DNA of 64,000 nucleotides. Source: an uncultured Planctomycetaceae bacterium. Lineage in GTDB: Bacteria; Planctomycetota; Planctomycetia; Planctomycetales; Planctomycetaceae. Shown here piece by piece: positions 22,988 to 35,264 of the stretch. The notes beneath the pieces were generated by a model, which saw only the letters and a program-made list of their open reading frames with translations, was not told the DNA's origin and did no database searches. Made by a program: the position numbers and the translations under genes. Numbering within the stretch: position 1 is the stretch's first letter; the number at the start of each line of letters is the position of its first letter. The stretch lies in contig CAWFAK010000009.1 of the NCBI GenBank assembly GCA_963813715.1, positions 224,001 to 288,000 of the forward strand. The letters are read 5' to 3'.

Positions 22988-23130
22988 AGTCTGGTGCGGC
23001 TTGGCGGCGGCAACGTCGACCTTTCGCCCGTACTCCGCCAGTTTTTGGGGCGGGCTCACCGAAGCCTGCCCCGTTTTTTTGCGCCTGGGGGAACTTGCCC
23101 GCGAGGTGCTCGATTCATCGGCGAGACCGT

Positions 23131-23871
23131 TCAGGTGCTCTCGGCTCGTTCCGGAAGACCGTCGAACAGGCTTGTGCCGACGCGGATCATGGTGGCTCCC
23201 TCTTCGATCGCCACCGGAAAATCGCCACTCATGCCCATCGACAGCTCGCCGAGCGGAGGCGAGCCGGGGCGGGCCGCCAGCTCATCGCGGAGCATTCGCA
23301 GTCGGCGAAAGGTGGGCCGTGCCGTTTCGGCGTCGTCCCCGAGCGGAGCCATCGTCATCAGCCCGGCCAGCTCGACTTGGGCCAACGCGCAGAGCTCGAC
23401 CCAGTTGGTACGCACCTGATCGGGCGAAAAGCCATCTTTCGATCCTTCGCCCGAGACGTTGACCTCGAGCAGCAGTCGCGGCCGCAAACCCAGCTCGGCC
23501 GACATAGCGTCGATCCGGGCGGCGAGCGGCAGACTGTCGATCGAGTGCAGGCACCCGGCCACCGTGAGCACTTTGCGGACTTTATTCCGCTGCAAATGGC
23601 CGATCAGGTGCCAGCGAATCGGCTCAGCTGCCGCGCGGCCTCCCTCAAGTGCGGAGGCCCGTTCCAGCAGCTGTTGCGGCCGGCTCTCGCCCAGGTCGCG
23701 CACGCCCAGAGCGACGAGCGACTCGATCCATTCGATCTTGGCCGATTTGGTCACGCCGACCAGCAGCACGTCGTCGGCCGAACGGCCGGAGCGGCGACAG
23801 GCGGCCTCGATCTCCTCACGAATCCGGGCCAGATTCTCCGCGATCCGAGCCTCGATGGTGGTCATGGCCAT
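23131..23871 (-). CDS. yggS: YggS family PLP homeostasis protein
   Basis: VGVTK, LGESRPQ, WHLIGHLQRNKV, GLMTMAP, LSMGMSGDF, IRVGT. Confidence 0.95.
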   Translation of the reverse strand: MAMTTIEARIAENLARIREEIEAACRRSGRSADDVLLVGVTKSAKIEWIESLVALGVRDLGESRPQQLLERASALEGGRAAAEPIRWHLIGHLQRNKVRKVLTVAGCLHSIDSLPLAARIDAMSAELGLRPRLLLEVNVSGEGSKDGFSPDQVRTNWVELCALAQVELAGLMTMAPLGDDAETARPTFRRLRMLRDELAARPGSPPLGELSMGMSGDFPVAIEEGATMIRVGTSLFDGLPERAEST

Positions 23872-24001
23872 CAGCTTCCCGGCGTGCGAAGTCGCGGAGC
23901 GACCGAGCTGATTGCATCAATCTCACACGCGCTGCGGCCCACCCCCCACCGAGCGGGGGCAAGCGAGTTTCGTCTTCCGACCGGTGTTGCTCGTGCCCGA
24001 C

Positions 24002-25371
24002 TCAGTCGTTCCGCAGCCGCAGGCCCATCTCGGTCAACTTGGCCCGCACTTCGTTGAGCGACGTCACGCCGAAGTTGCGAACCGACAGCAGCTCGTCGGC
24101 CGTCTTGGAAACGAGTTCGCCGATGGAGACCAGGCCCAATCGCGACAGGCATTTTCTGGCCCGGACCGACAGGTTGAGGTCACCGACCGGCGCTTCGAGC
24201 ACCGCCTGCTCCTGCGGGGAAACGGTTTCCGGCGCGAAAATCGGCGCGGCCAGCGGCGAACGCGACGCGAACTGCCCGATCGACAACCCGCGGGTCTTGA
24301 GGATGTCGCGGATTTCCCGTAAGGACGTCTCGCCGAAATTCTTGCTGGAGAGCAGATCGTGCTCGCTGATGGCGGTCAGATCGCCCAGCGTCTCGATGCC
24401 GGCTCGTTCGAGGCAGTTGCGGCTGCGGGCTGAAAGCTCGAAGTCGCCAATCGGGATCCGCATCACCTGCTCCAGCTCGCGCTGGTGGCGCACGGCATCC
24501 TCGTCGTAGTACATATTGCCCGCCGCCTGAATGTCCTTCAGGTACAACTGGGCCCGTTCGTGGTTCGGATAAAACTGCAGCACGCGGCTGAAGCAGAACG
24601 CGGCCGCCGGGTAACGCTCCTTGTCTTCATAGAGCAGTCCCAGGTTGATCAGCGCCCCGATGTAGAACGGCGGGCGTGACAGCGCCTGTTCGTACAGCCG
24701 GATGGCGTCGTCATCGTTGCCGAGGAGGTTCATCTCGTTGGCCAGGCGGAACAGGGCCGCCGTGTGATGCGGATCCATGTCGACGGTCCGCTCGAAATAC
24801 TCGATGGCGCCGAAGATGTCTCCGTGGTCGGCGCGGATGCAGCCCATCTGGTACGAGTATTCGGCGCGAGTGGCCGCCTCGCGGGCCGACTCCCGCAACA
24901 GTCGTTCAGCTTCCTCGATCTTGCCCGAAAGCCGGATGGCGCCGGCCTTGGAGAGCTTGGACTGAATCGGGTCGTAGCCCTGCTTGGCCGCTTCCTCGAA
25001 GGCCTCGGCCGCTTCGGCATAGTCCTGCTGTCCCAACAGCACCATACCGCGGTAATAGTCGGCGATGCCGACTCCGGAGATATTGCTCAAGTATTTGAGA
25101 GCCAGGTGATGCTGCCCGAGCAGGTAGGCGACGATCCCGGCGACAATCAGCGTCCGCTGCGGCGGATTGGGATCGTCGGCCTGATCGCGCAGCTCGGCAA
25201 AGCTTTGCCGCACGGCCGACAGGCCGTCGCCCCCCATCGCGTGCCGCAAATTGGCGACTTCCTGCGCACCGAATTCCGGCGCGTTGAAGATCTGCGCCGG
25301 ACGTCGACGGGCTCAGTGGGTGCCAGGGGTGCGATTCCACGAATCGGAGCGGCAACTCCTGGACGAATCAT
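24002..25371 (-). CDS. TPR protein with two C-terminal RNA polymerase alpha-CTD-like domains (start uncertain, N-terminal frameshift)
   Basis: TPR-like repeats, then ELSARSRNCL..KNFGETSLREI and NLSVRARKCL..RNFGVTSLNEV. Confidence 0.88.
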
Positions 25372-25619
25372 GCGAATTCTCCTCGCGAACGGAAGAAAGT
25401 TTGGACGTGCGGGGCCCCGCGAACGGTTCCCGAGGGAATTATCGCGGGGCTGTCAAACGAACCGGTCGCAAGGCCGGTGCAGGGGTCGCACGGAATTCGG
25501 GGGGAGACGCCGGCGACCAGGGCGACTCTTGGGGTCCGGGCGGCCGGTTCGCTCGGTCCGGCTAGTTCGATCACGCCGGACCGGCTCAGCCACCACGGAC
25601 GACTATTCTTCAAAGACGG

Positions 25620-25904
25620 CTATTCTTCAGAGACGTACGGCAACAGCCCCATGAACCGGGCCATCAGCACTGCACGGCGGACCGCCCGCTGATACTTCGC
25701 GCAGTTTCCCGTGCGGCGGCGCGACTGAATGTGCCCCTCGCGATCGATCATCAGCCGCAGGGTCTTCAGATCCTTGAAATCGACGTAAATCGGTCGAGGC
25801 GAGTGATTGCACCCGTCCGGACAGAAGCGGCAACGCAGTTTCTTCTTGAGGCGGGCGCGCTTTTTCCGGCGCTTCCTGATCTCGATACGATTCAATGTCG
25901 CCAT
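25620..25904 (-). CDS. rpsR: 30S ribosomal protein bS18
   Basis: [39 protein letters not shown]. Confidence 0.93.
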   Translation of the reverse strand: MATLNRIEIRKRRKKRARLKKKLRCRFCPDGCNHSPRPIYVDFKDLKTLRLMIDREGHIQSRRRTGNCAKYQRAVRRAVLMARFMGLLPYVSEE

Positions 25905-26204
25905 GTTCGGTCGATACCTTCTCCGCAAATACGCACAAGCCCGGGTCGAAACCGGAATTATGGAGGCCCGGCCGACATCTTGCAAGCCTGGAAAAGAGCG
26001 GCCCGTCGGTCGAGAATGCCCGGTAGCCCCATTCCCAGTCGAGCGTCGCCGGCTAGAGCTTTGGCTCCGACGGAATTGTAGCGGGTAGGGAAAGTGTTCG
26101 GGGGCCGCGGTGGACCGACGGGACACTATTCTCCCGGCGGCTGGTGCCATCAGCTGTGTTCGTGACGATTTGGACGGAACACTGTTGGGAACGAGGGAAA
26201 CCTG

Positions 26205-26907
26205 TTGACCGCTAACGATTCTAAGGCCGTGATTTTTGATATGGATGGCGTGCTCATCGACTCGTATCGGGCACACTTCGAGAGTTGGCAGGCGGTGGCG
26301 GCCGAGCACGAGCGCGTCTATACCGAAGAGCAGTTCGCCGCGGGGTTTGGCCGGACGAGCCGCGAAGTCATCGCTGAGCAGTGGCAGGGCGAGCCCCTCT
26401 CGGACGAGCGGATCGCGGAGATCGACCGTCGCAAGGAATGGCTCTTTCGCGAAATCATCAGTGCTGACTTCCCCGCGATGGCGGGAGCGGTCGAGTTGAT
26501 CGCAATCGCTGGTGAGCGCCGGATTTCGAGTGGCCGTCGGCTCGTCCGGGCCCGCGGAGAACGTACAGCTAGCGATCGAGCGGCTCGGGGTCGGCCGGCT
26601 GCTTTCGGCCACGGTCACCGGCAACGATGTGAAACGCGGCAAGCCCGACCCGCAGGTGTTTCTAACCGCAGCCGCCCGCATGCAGGTGCCACCCGCGCGC
26701 TGCGTCGTCGTGGAGGATGCGCCGGTCGGGGTGGAGGCCGCCCATCGCGGCGGCATGCGCGCTGTCGCGCTTGCCAGCACCGGGCGCACGGTCGAACAAC
26801 TGCGCGCGGCCGAGCTGGTGGTGAAGTCGCTGTGCGAACTGTCGCCGCAGCGATTCGAAGAACTGCTGCGGGGAAGCGTCGGAGAATCCAGCGTTCTGAC
26901 GAAGTGA
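26205..26907 (+). CDS. HAD family phosphatase (beta-PGM-like), frameshift near 26510
   Basis: [28 protein letters not shown]. Confidence 0.9.
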
Positions 26908-26924
26908 ACCGAAGCGGAAGAGAA

Positions 26925-26955
26925 AGAACCGGCGGCCTGACACCCGCCGCTCGCC
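26925..26955 (+). repeat. 31-bp REP element, single copy
   Basis: AGAACCGGCGGCCTGACACCCGCCGCTCGCC. Confidence 0.85.
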
Positions 26956-27020
26956 TTTCGGCTGGCAAACTGCACGCGTTGAACCGATGATGTGAGCCAA
27001 CATCTTCAGGGAGACCGACC

Positions 27021-28607
<1,587 letters not shown>

Positions 28608-28903
28608 CGGCCCGACGGACGATTTTGTTCGTCGCATTCCCCTTCGAGGCGAGCGGCCGGTGCGGGCACCCGTGGCAAGCCACGGGTGCGGCCGGTTCTT
28701 GCGCTTTCTTGCTGTTTGATGTGTGAAGAATTCAATTCCGAAGACTCGGGGGGCTGACGCCCCCCGCTCGGAGCTAGTGCGCGATTTCGCGTTCGGTGGG
28801 CAACGTTGAGATCCGTCCGCGGCCGGTTTAGGCTGAACGTCCGCCCCGCACGCCCCCGCCGGACTTTCGATCCTGCCCGTCTCGCCCGGAGTCTTTGCCA
28901 CCC

Positions 28904-31900
28904 ATGCTCACACGCAGGCTGCTTTCGGCCGTGCTGACTGCCGTGGTCCTTGCGGTCGCGACCAACGCGCACGCTACCGATCCCGCGAAACCGGCATCGG
29001 TGGACTCGCACGCGTCAGATCTGAGCGAGAACGAGGTCCGCGCACTCCAAGGCCCGAAAGCTCTCACGCCGGCCGAGGCGATCAAGCGATTCAGCATCGC
29101 CGACGGGCTCGAAGTGCGGCTGGTGGCCAGCGAGCCGCTGGTGAAGCAACCGGTGTCGATCACCTTCGACGACCGCGGCCGCTTGTGGGTGCTGCAGTAT
29201 CTGCAGTATCCCGTGCCCGAGGGTCTCAAGCCGGTGGCCGTCGACGAGTACCTCCGCACCAAGTACGACCGCCGACCCGATCCGCCGCCCAAAGGGCCGA
29301 AAGGACGCGACCGTCTCACGATTCTCGAAGACACGAACGGCGACGGCGTGATGGACCACGCCAAGGACTTTATCGGCGGGCTCAACCTGGCTTCGGGATT
29401 CGCGATCGGCTACGGCGGCGTGTTCATCGCGCAGCCCCCTTACCTGCTCTTCTATCCCGACGCCAACGGCGACGACGTGCCCGACCGCGACCCCGAAGTG
29501 CTGCTGACCGGCTTCGGCATGGAGGACGCCCACGCGTTTGCCAACTCGCTCACCTGGGGTCCCGATGGCTGGCTGTACGGCGCGCAAGGGAGCACGGTCA
29601 GCGCCAACATTCGCGGCATCGAATTTCAGCAAGGCATCTGGCGCTATCACCCCAAGACGAAACAGTTCGAACTCTTCGCCGAGGGGGGCGGCAATACCTG
29701 GGGCATCGATTTCGATCGCTTCGGCAACTTGTTCGCCGGCGGCAACACGCTCGAGCCGCTGTGCCATCACGTGCAGGGGGCCTATTACGTCAAAGGATTC
29801 GGCAAGCACGGCCCGCTGCACAATCCCTACTCGTTCGGCTATTTCCCGCCGGTCGAACACAAGGGGCCCTTCGGCGGCGGACTGACGGGCGGCAACGTGA
29901 TCTATCAGGGAACCGCCCTTCCCGAGCGATTCACCAACGTCTGCATCTGCCCGAACATCCGGCAGAATGCCGTCCGCTGGTATCCGTTCGAGACCAAGGG
30001 CAGCACATTTGCCACGCTCCAAGGAGGTCACGGCGGACACGAGGGCGATTTTCTCACGTCGAGCGACCCCTGGTTCCGCCCGGTCGACATGACGGTGGGA
30101 CCGGACGGCGCGGTTTACATTGCCGACTGGTACGACATCCACCTGAGCCACGCCAGCCCGGTCAATCGCAGCCAGTGGTACATGCCCAGCCGTGACGACG
30201 GTCGCATTTGGCGAGTCGCCGCCAAGGGGGCCCGGACGCTACAACAGGCGCGAGAGACCAGCACCGCGCAGGCGGCGCCGCCGGGCAAGCCACTGTCAAA
30301 ACTGTCGCCGCACGAAATCGTCGCCCTGCTCGACCAGCCGAACTCGTGGCAGCGCCGCGAGCTTTGGCCCTTTCTTGGCGAGCGGGCCGATCCTGGGCTG
30401 GTCTCCGCGTTTCGGCAGCGATTTGAATCGACTCAGGACGAAGTGAAGGCAGTCGAAGCCCTCTGGGCGGTCTTCTTGTGCGGCGGCCTCGACGACGCGT
30501 TCGCCGCGCGGCGCTGGAGCATCCGGCGCAATCAGTCCGCGCCTGGACCGTCCGCCTGTTGGCCGACAAACAAGCTGTCTCCCAGGATCTGGCCGCTGAT
30601 TTTGTGCGATTGGCGAAGTCCGATCCGAGCTGCGTCGTCCGCAGCCAGTTGGCCTGCAGCGCCAAGCGTCTCTCAGGCAAGCAGGGATTGCCAATCGTCG
30701 CGGAGCTGATGCGGCGCGACGAAGACGCCCATGACCCGCACATTCCGCTGCTCATCTGGTGGGCCATCGAGAGCAAAGCTCTCTCAGACCGCGACGCCGT
30801 ACTCGCCCTGCTCGACACACCGAAGACGTGGCACCGGCCGATCGTCCGCGATGTATTAGTCGAACGCTTAGCCCGGCGTTATCTGGCTGCGGGCGACGAC
30901 GGAGGCTACGCCGCCTGTGCGTGGCTGCTGAATCACGCCCCAACGCCCGCCGACACCGAGCGGATCGTCGCCGGGATGGAAATCCAGCTTGCAGGCCGAC
31001 GCTTCGACCACGTTCCCGCCGAGCTGGCGGCTCCGCTGCGAAAAATCGCGGAAAGCCCGTCGCCCTCGCCGGCCGCCTTGTGCCTGGCCCTGCGCTTGGG
31101 AAGCAACGAGGCGTGGCCCAAGCTGACAGCACTCGCGAAGAATCATTCCGCGCCGCTGGTCGACCGTTTGAAAACGATCCGCGCGTTATCCGAGGCGGGT
31201 CCTTCCAAGACGGCCGACGAACTCCTGCCGCTCGTGGAAAAAGGTCAACCCGACGCGATCGCCGACGCCGTGCTGACGGCCCTCGGGCACTTCAGTGACG
31301 AGTCGATCGGCCAGCGACTGCTCGAACGCTGGCAGGATCTGCCCGGCTCGCGCCGCGAAAAGGTCGTCGATGCGCTCGTGAGCCGCCGGGCGTGGACGCA
31401 TCAGCTGCTGGCCGCGGTGGCCGCCGGCCGCGTCGATCCGAAGATCGTCTCCGTCGACCAGGTCCGCCACATGCTGTTGCACAAAGACCCCGACATTTCC
31501 CGCGACGTCGCGGCCCGCTGGGGCAGCGTCCGCGGCACCACGCCGCGCGAGAAGCAAGGGCGGATCAACGCGATTTCGATCATGCTCTCCAAAGGCCCCG
31601 GACATCCGAAAGAGGGGCACGGCCTCTTCACCAAGCACTGTGCGATCTGCCATCGCCTCTACGGGGAGGGGAACCAGGTCGGCCCCGATCTGACGGCGGC
31701 CGACCGCAAGAACCTGAGCGTGCTCTTGCCGAACGTGGTCGATCCGAGCGCCGTGATTCGACCGGAGTTCCGCGCTTATAACGTGGTGCTGCACGACGGG
31801 CGGATTCTGGCCGGACTCTTGGCCGACTCCAATGCAGAAACGATCACGGTGCTCGACGCGAAGAATCAGCGGACAGTGATCAAGCGCGTCGACGTCGAGG

Positions 31901-32001
31901 AGCTGCGGGCCTCGGACCTGTCACTCATGCCCGAGAACGTCCTGACGCCGCTCAACAACCAGGAAATTCGCGACCTGTTCGCGTACCTGCGATTGAAGTA
32001 A
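28904..32001 (+). CDS. PVC-type heme-binding CxxCH protein (membrane-bound dehydrogenase-like propeller, HEAT repeats, cytochrome c), frameshift near 30510
   Basis: Signal peptide, LVASEPLV.QPV, WGPDGWLY, FRPVD..GPDGAVYIADWY, CAICH, GPDL, SLMPE. Confidence 0.9.
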
Positions 32002-32016
32002 TTGCGCGCAGTCTGT

Positions 32017-32171
32017 GGCGAGCGGTGGGTGTCAGCCCGCCGGTTCTTCGTTTTCTGTCCTTCCTTGTCTTTCGCATCGTGCGCCCGACGCAGAATTGCG
32101 AGTGACACAGAACAACTCAGAAAACAAGAAGCAAGCGCAAAGAACCGGCGGGCTGACACCCGCCGCTCGCC
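32017..32171. repeat. Inverted REP pair (REPIN-like)
   Basis: REP on - at 32017-32047 and on + at 32141-32171. Confidence 0.9.
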
Positions 32172-32180
32172 AGTGCGAGC

Positions 32181-33105
32181 TCAGTGCTCGGCGCGGGCCC
32201 GCTTCGGTCGACCTTTTGCCGAGTGGCCGTTGGACGCGAAATCGCGCAGCGCGCCGATGAACCGCTCGACCGCCGGGCTGTGGTAGCGGTTCTTCCGCCA
32301 GATCATGGCGATCGTCCGAGTCGGCTTCTCGCCGCTGAGCGAGCGATACTTCGTCTGCTGCGACCGATCGGCACTGACGGCCATCTGCGGAATCAAGGAG
32401 ACGCCGTGCCCCAGCGCGACCAGCTCCTGCACGGTCAGCAGCTGTGCGCTGCGGCAACTGACCGCCGGATGACACGACTGGTCTTTGCAGAAGCTCAGAA
32501 CCTGCTGCCCCAGGCAATGCGTCTCGCTCAAGAGCACAAAACGCTCTTTCGAGACGTCCTGCATCGTGACCGTTCGCTTGCGCAACGAGCGGGTGTCCGA
32601 CCGTTGTCGCCAACAGCAGTTCCTCGGTGAGCAGCGGCTCGACCGCCAGTTGTTCCTCGGAAACCGGCAGCGCCAACACGCCGACGTCCACATCCCCTTC
32701 CAGGCAGGCTTGGATCGTGTATTCGGTCAGGTTCTCGGAGACGGTGACCTCCGTCTTCGGATGATCGCGGAGAAATCGCTTGAGCAGCGGCGGCAAAAGA
32801 TAGGGGGCGATGGTCGGGATCGCCCCCACGGTGATCTGGCCAGCGTCCGCGTCCTCAGTCATCGCCCGCTTGGTGCCGTCGACGGCCGCCAGGATCTCGA
32901 TCGCCCGGTCGAAGAGCACGCGGCCGCGATCGGTCAGGCGGACCTTGCGGCTCGTGCGATCGAAGAGCGGCCCGCCGAACTCCCGCTCGAGCTTGATGAT
33001 CTGCTGGCTCAGGGAGGGCTGCGCCACAAAACACTTTTGCGCGGCCCGCGTGAAGTTGGCCAGCTGGGCCACTGCGACGAAATAACGGAGCTGTTGCAGC
33101 TCCAT
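32181..33105 (-). CDS. oxyR: OxyR-type LysR regulator (frameshift near 32590)
   Basis: LysR HTH (NFTRAAQKCFVAQPSLSQQI), GAIPTIAPYLLP, redox motif HCLGQQVLSFC (C-X8-C). Confidence 0.8.
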
Positions 33106-33140
33106 AGCCGGATCCTATTGCTTGGATAGAAACAAGAGAT
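33104..33140. promoter_or_regulatory. OxyR-binding site
   Basis: ATAG-N7-CTAT-N7-ATAG-N7-AGAT, overlapping the oxyR start codon. Confidence 0.8.
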
Positions 33141-33274
33141 TTCACATATAGCCCGCCGCTCGCTACCCTGCAACTTCCCGGCGGCCGCAGGCGGCGAGCG
33201 GGGTGTTCTTCCGCAACGATGCCTGCGTGTCGTCCGGATCTGGCAACGAAGAATCTGCAACGGAGGATCGAACC

Positions 33275-34690
33275 ATGAAAAAGCGCTTTATCGACAAACA
33301 GGGGCGAGCGGCCGCCGCCGTACTGGCGGCCGCTGTCGCTTCGGGAATCGTCTGGTCGACCAGCGTCGGCGCTTACGACGACCCGCCCAGCTCCTACAGC
33401 CCGGTGGTGATCAAGGAGACGTTCCCGCAGATCGAGCAGCGGATGAAGGCCGAGAAGGCGGCCGTGATGCAGCGGCAAAAGGATCTGTTGGCCCAGCGCT
33501 ACGACCTGTCCGACCACCCGTCTGGCGACACCAAAATGGGCCGGCAAAAGCCGGTTCAAGAGGGCGTCCGCGCGAAGTTGCCGACCGGCGTCACGTGGGA
33601 CGAACTGGGCGGAATGACGCCCGATCAGATCAAGGGGAAGGACGCGTTCCCGCCCGGCTTCATGCCCCTGCCCCACCCGCATCATGCTGAAGGCGGCATG
33701 GTCTTCCCCGAGGCCCACATCAAGGAAGTGCTCAAACAAGAGGGGCGCGATCTCAATCGCTTCGACCTCGAGTTCGATCTACCCGAACACTTTCTCCCCG
33801 AGTTCCCGCCGGCCATTTATCTCACAACGCGGCCCGACCTGGGCGACGTGTCCCAGGGCAAGCTGGTCACCATCGAGAACTTTTACGAGCTGTTTAACGG
33901 CATCTTGAATCCCAAGCAGCTGGAAGGTCTGCGGCTGCTGCTGACTCCGTTCGCCCAGCAGCAATTCAACATCACCGAAGATCGGCGTTCGGAGAAGCCG
34001 AGCCGGGGCGTGACCTGCTTCGACTGTCACGCCAACGGCCACACCAACGGCGCATCGCACCTGGTCGGCGATATCCGGCCGCAGCAATTCCGCCATCGCA
34101 TCGAGACCCCCAGCCTCCGCGGAGTCAACATCGAGCGACTGTTTGGCTCGCAGCGGGCACTCAAAACGGTCGAGGACTTCACCGAGTTCGAGCAACGAGC
34201 GGCTTATTTCGACGGCGACCCGGTGATCGCGACCAAGAAGGGCGTCAACATTCTCGATCGTGGCAGCCAGGTCCATTTCATGGCCGAGTTCGAGGAAATT
34301 ATGGACTTCCCGCCCGCGCCCAAGCTCGATTTGTTCGGCAAGCTCGATCCGTCGAAAGCCTCGCAGGCCGAGCTGCGGGGACAGGACGTCTTCTTCGGCA
34401 AAGGGAAGTGCGCGGTCTGCCACGTGGCGCCGTACTACACCGACAACTTGATGCATAACCTCAAAGTTGAGCGGTTCTACAAGCCGCACGACATCAACGG
34501 CGAATACGCGTCGGCGGACGGCCCGATCAAGACGTTCCCGCTGCGGGGCATCAAGGAATCGCCCCCCTACCTGCACGACGGGCGGCTGTTGACGCTCGAC
34601 GACACGGTCGAGTTCTTCAACCTCGTGCTCGGCACCAAGCTGACGGCCGAAGAGAAGACCGACCTGGTGGCGTTCATGAAGTGTCTCTAG
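33275..34690 (+). CDS. Secreted di-heme cytochrome c, cytochrome c peroxidase/MauG-like
   Basis: Signal peptide, CFDCH and CAVCH, TPSLRG, KTFPLRG..PPYLHDG, DLVAFM. Confidence 0.85.
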   Translation: MKKRFIDKQGRAAAAVLAAAVASGIVWSTSVGAYDDPPSSYSPVVIKETFPQIEQRMKAEKAAVMQRQKDLLAQRYDLSDHPSGDTKMGRQKPVQEGVRAKLPTGVTWDELGGMTPDQIKGKDAFPPGFMPLPHPHHAEGGMVFPEAHIKEVLKQEGRDLNRFDLEFDLPEHFLPEFPPAIYLTTRPDLGDVSQGKLVTIENFYELFNGILNPKQLEGLRLLLTPFAQQQFNITEDRRSEKPSRGVTCFDCHANGHTNGASHLVGDIRPQQFRHRIETPSLRGVNIERLFGSQRALKTVEDFTEFEQRAAYFDGDPVIATKKGVNILDRGSQVHFMAEFEEIMDFPPAPKLDLFGKLDPSKASQAELRGQDVFFGKGKCAVCHVAPYYTDNLMHNLKVERFYKPHDINGEYASADGPIKTFPLRGIKESPPYLHDGRLLTLDDTVEFFNLVLGTKLTAEEKTDLVAFMKCL

Positions 34691-34764
34691 TCCGAGACGA
34701 TTTTCCGAAACGAAACCGCGCTTCACAACGCGATCCCTGACGGGTGGCCCTGCGACAGTGGGTT

Positions 34765-34819
34765 GGGGTCCTCATTCCTCCTTGTCCATCTCCAAGGCGG
34801 GGATGGGGACCCCTTTTTT
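34765..34819 (+). terminator. Intrinsic terminator after the cytochrome gene
   Basis: Long hairpin ggggtcc...ggggacccc followed by tttttt. Confidence 0.7.
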
Positions 34820-35060
34820 GCCTGCCCGGTGGTCGTCGCAGCGCCCGTTGGGCCAGTCGACGATTGCTCAGCGGGCGATGGCCAAGAGACGTCCCAGTCG
34901 GCAGCAAAAAAATGGGCCGATTGGGCAAATTCCCCTTGTCAGAAGGGGCCGAATTGTCAACCATACATTTATCGGATCGTGCAAACGTAGCACGAGGGAC
35001 GATAAGCCGCGAAGGGGTCGGACTTGGCGAGCCGATCGAAGCGGATGGCCTTAACAGAGA

Positions 35061-35237
35061 GGAGGTGGTCTTGTGAGTTCTGAGTGTAATAGTAGCCAAA
35101 AAGGTGGTAACGCCTAAAGGCAGTCGACGGGCTGTCGACTTGGGCAGCCACCGTCTCGTAAGGATCACCTCCAAAAAATCCTACGAGAACAAAAGAAGGC
35201 TCGGTTCCCCCAGTGGGAGCCGAGCCTTCGTTCTTTT
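35061..35237 (+). ncRNA. Candidate structured small RNA / small-ORF mRNA with SD and anti-SD elements
   Basis: Stems found by eye (see finding) and a terminator hairpin at the 3' end. Confidence 0.45.
35191..35237. terminator. Bidirectional intrinsic terminator
   Basis: aaaagaaggctcggttccc-ccagt-gggagccgagccttcgttctttt. Confidence 0.85.
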
Positions 35238-35264
35238 CCGGACGGCGGTTTTCCGATTCGCGGA

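Noticed and set aside
35161..35172. 16S rRNA 3'-end fragment
   Set aside because: Only the GGATCACCTCC motif matches; the flanks are not rRNA-like.
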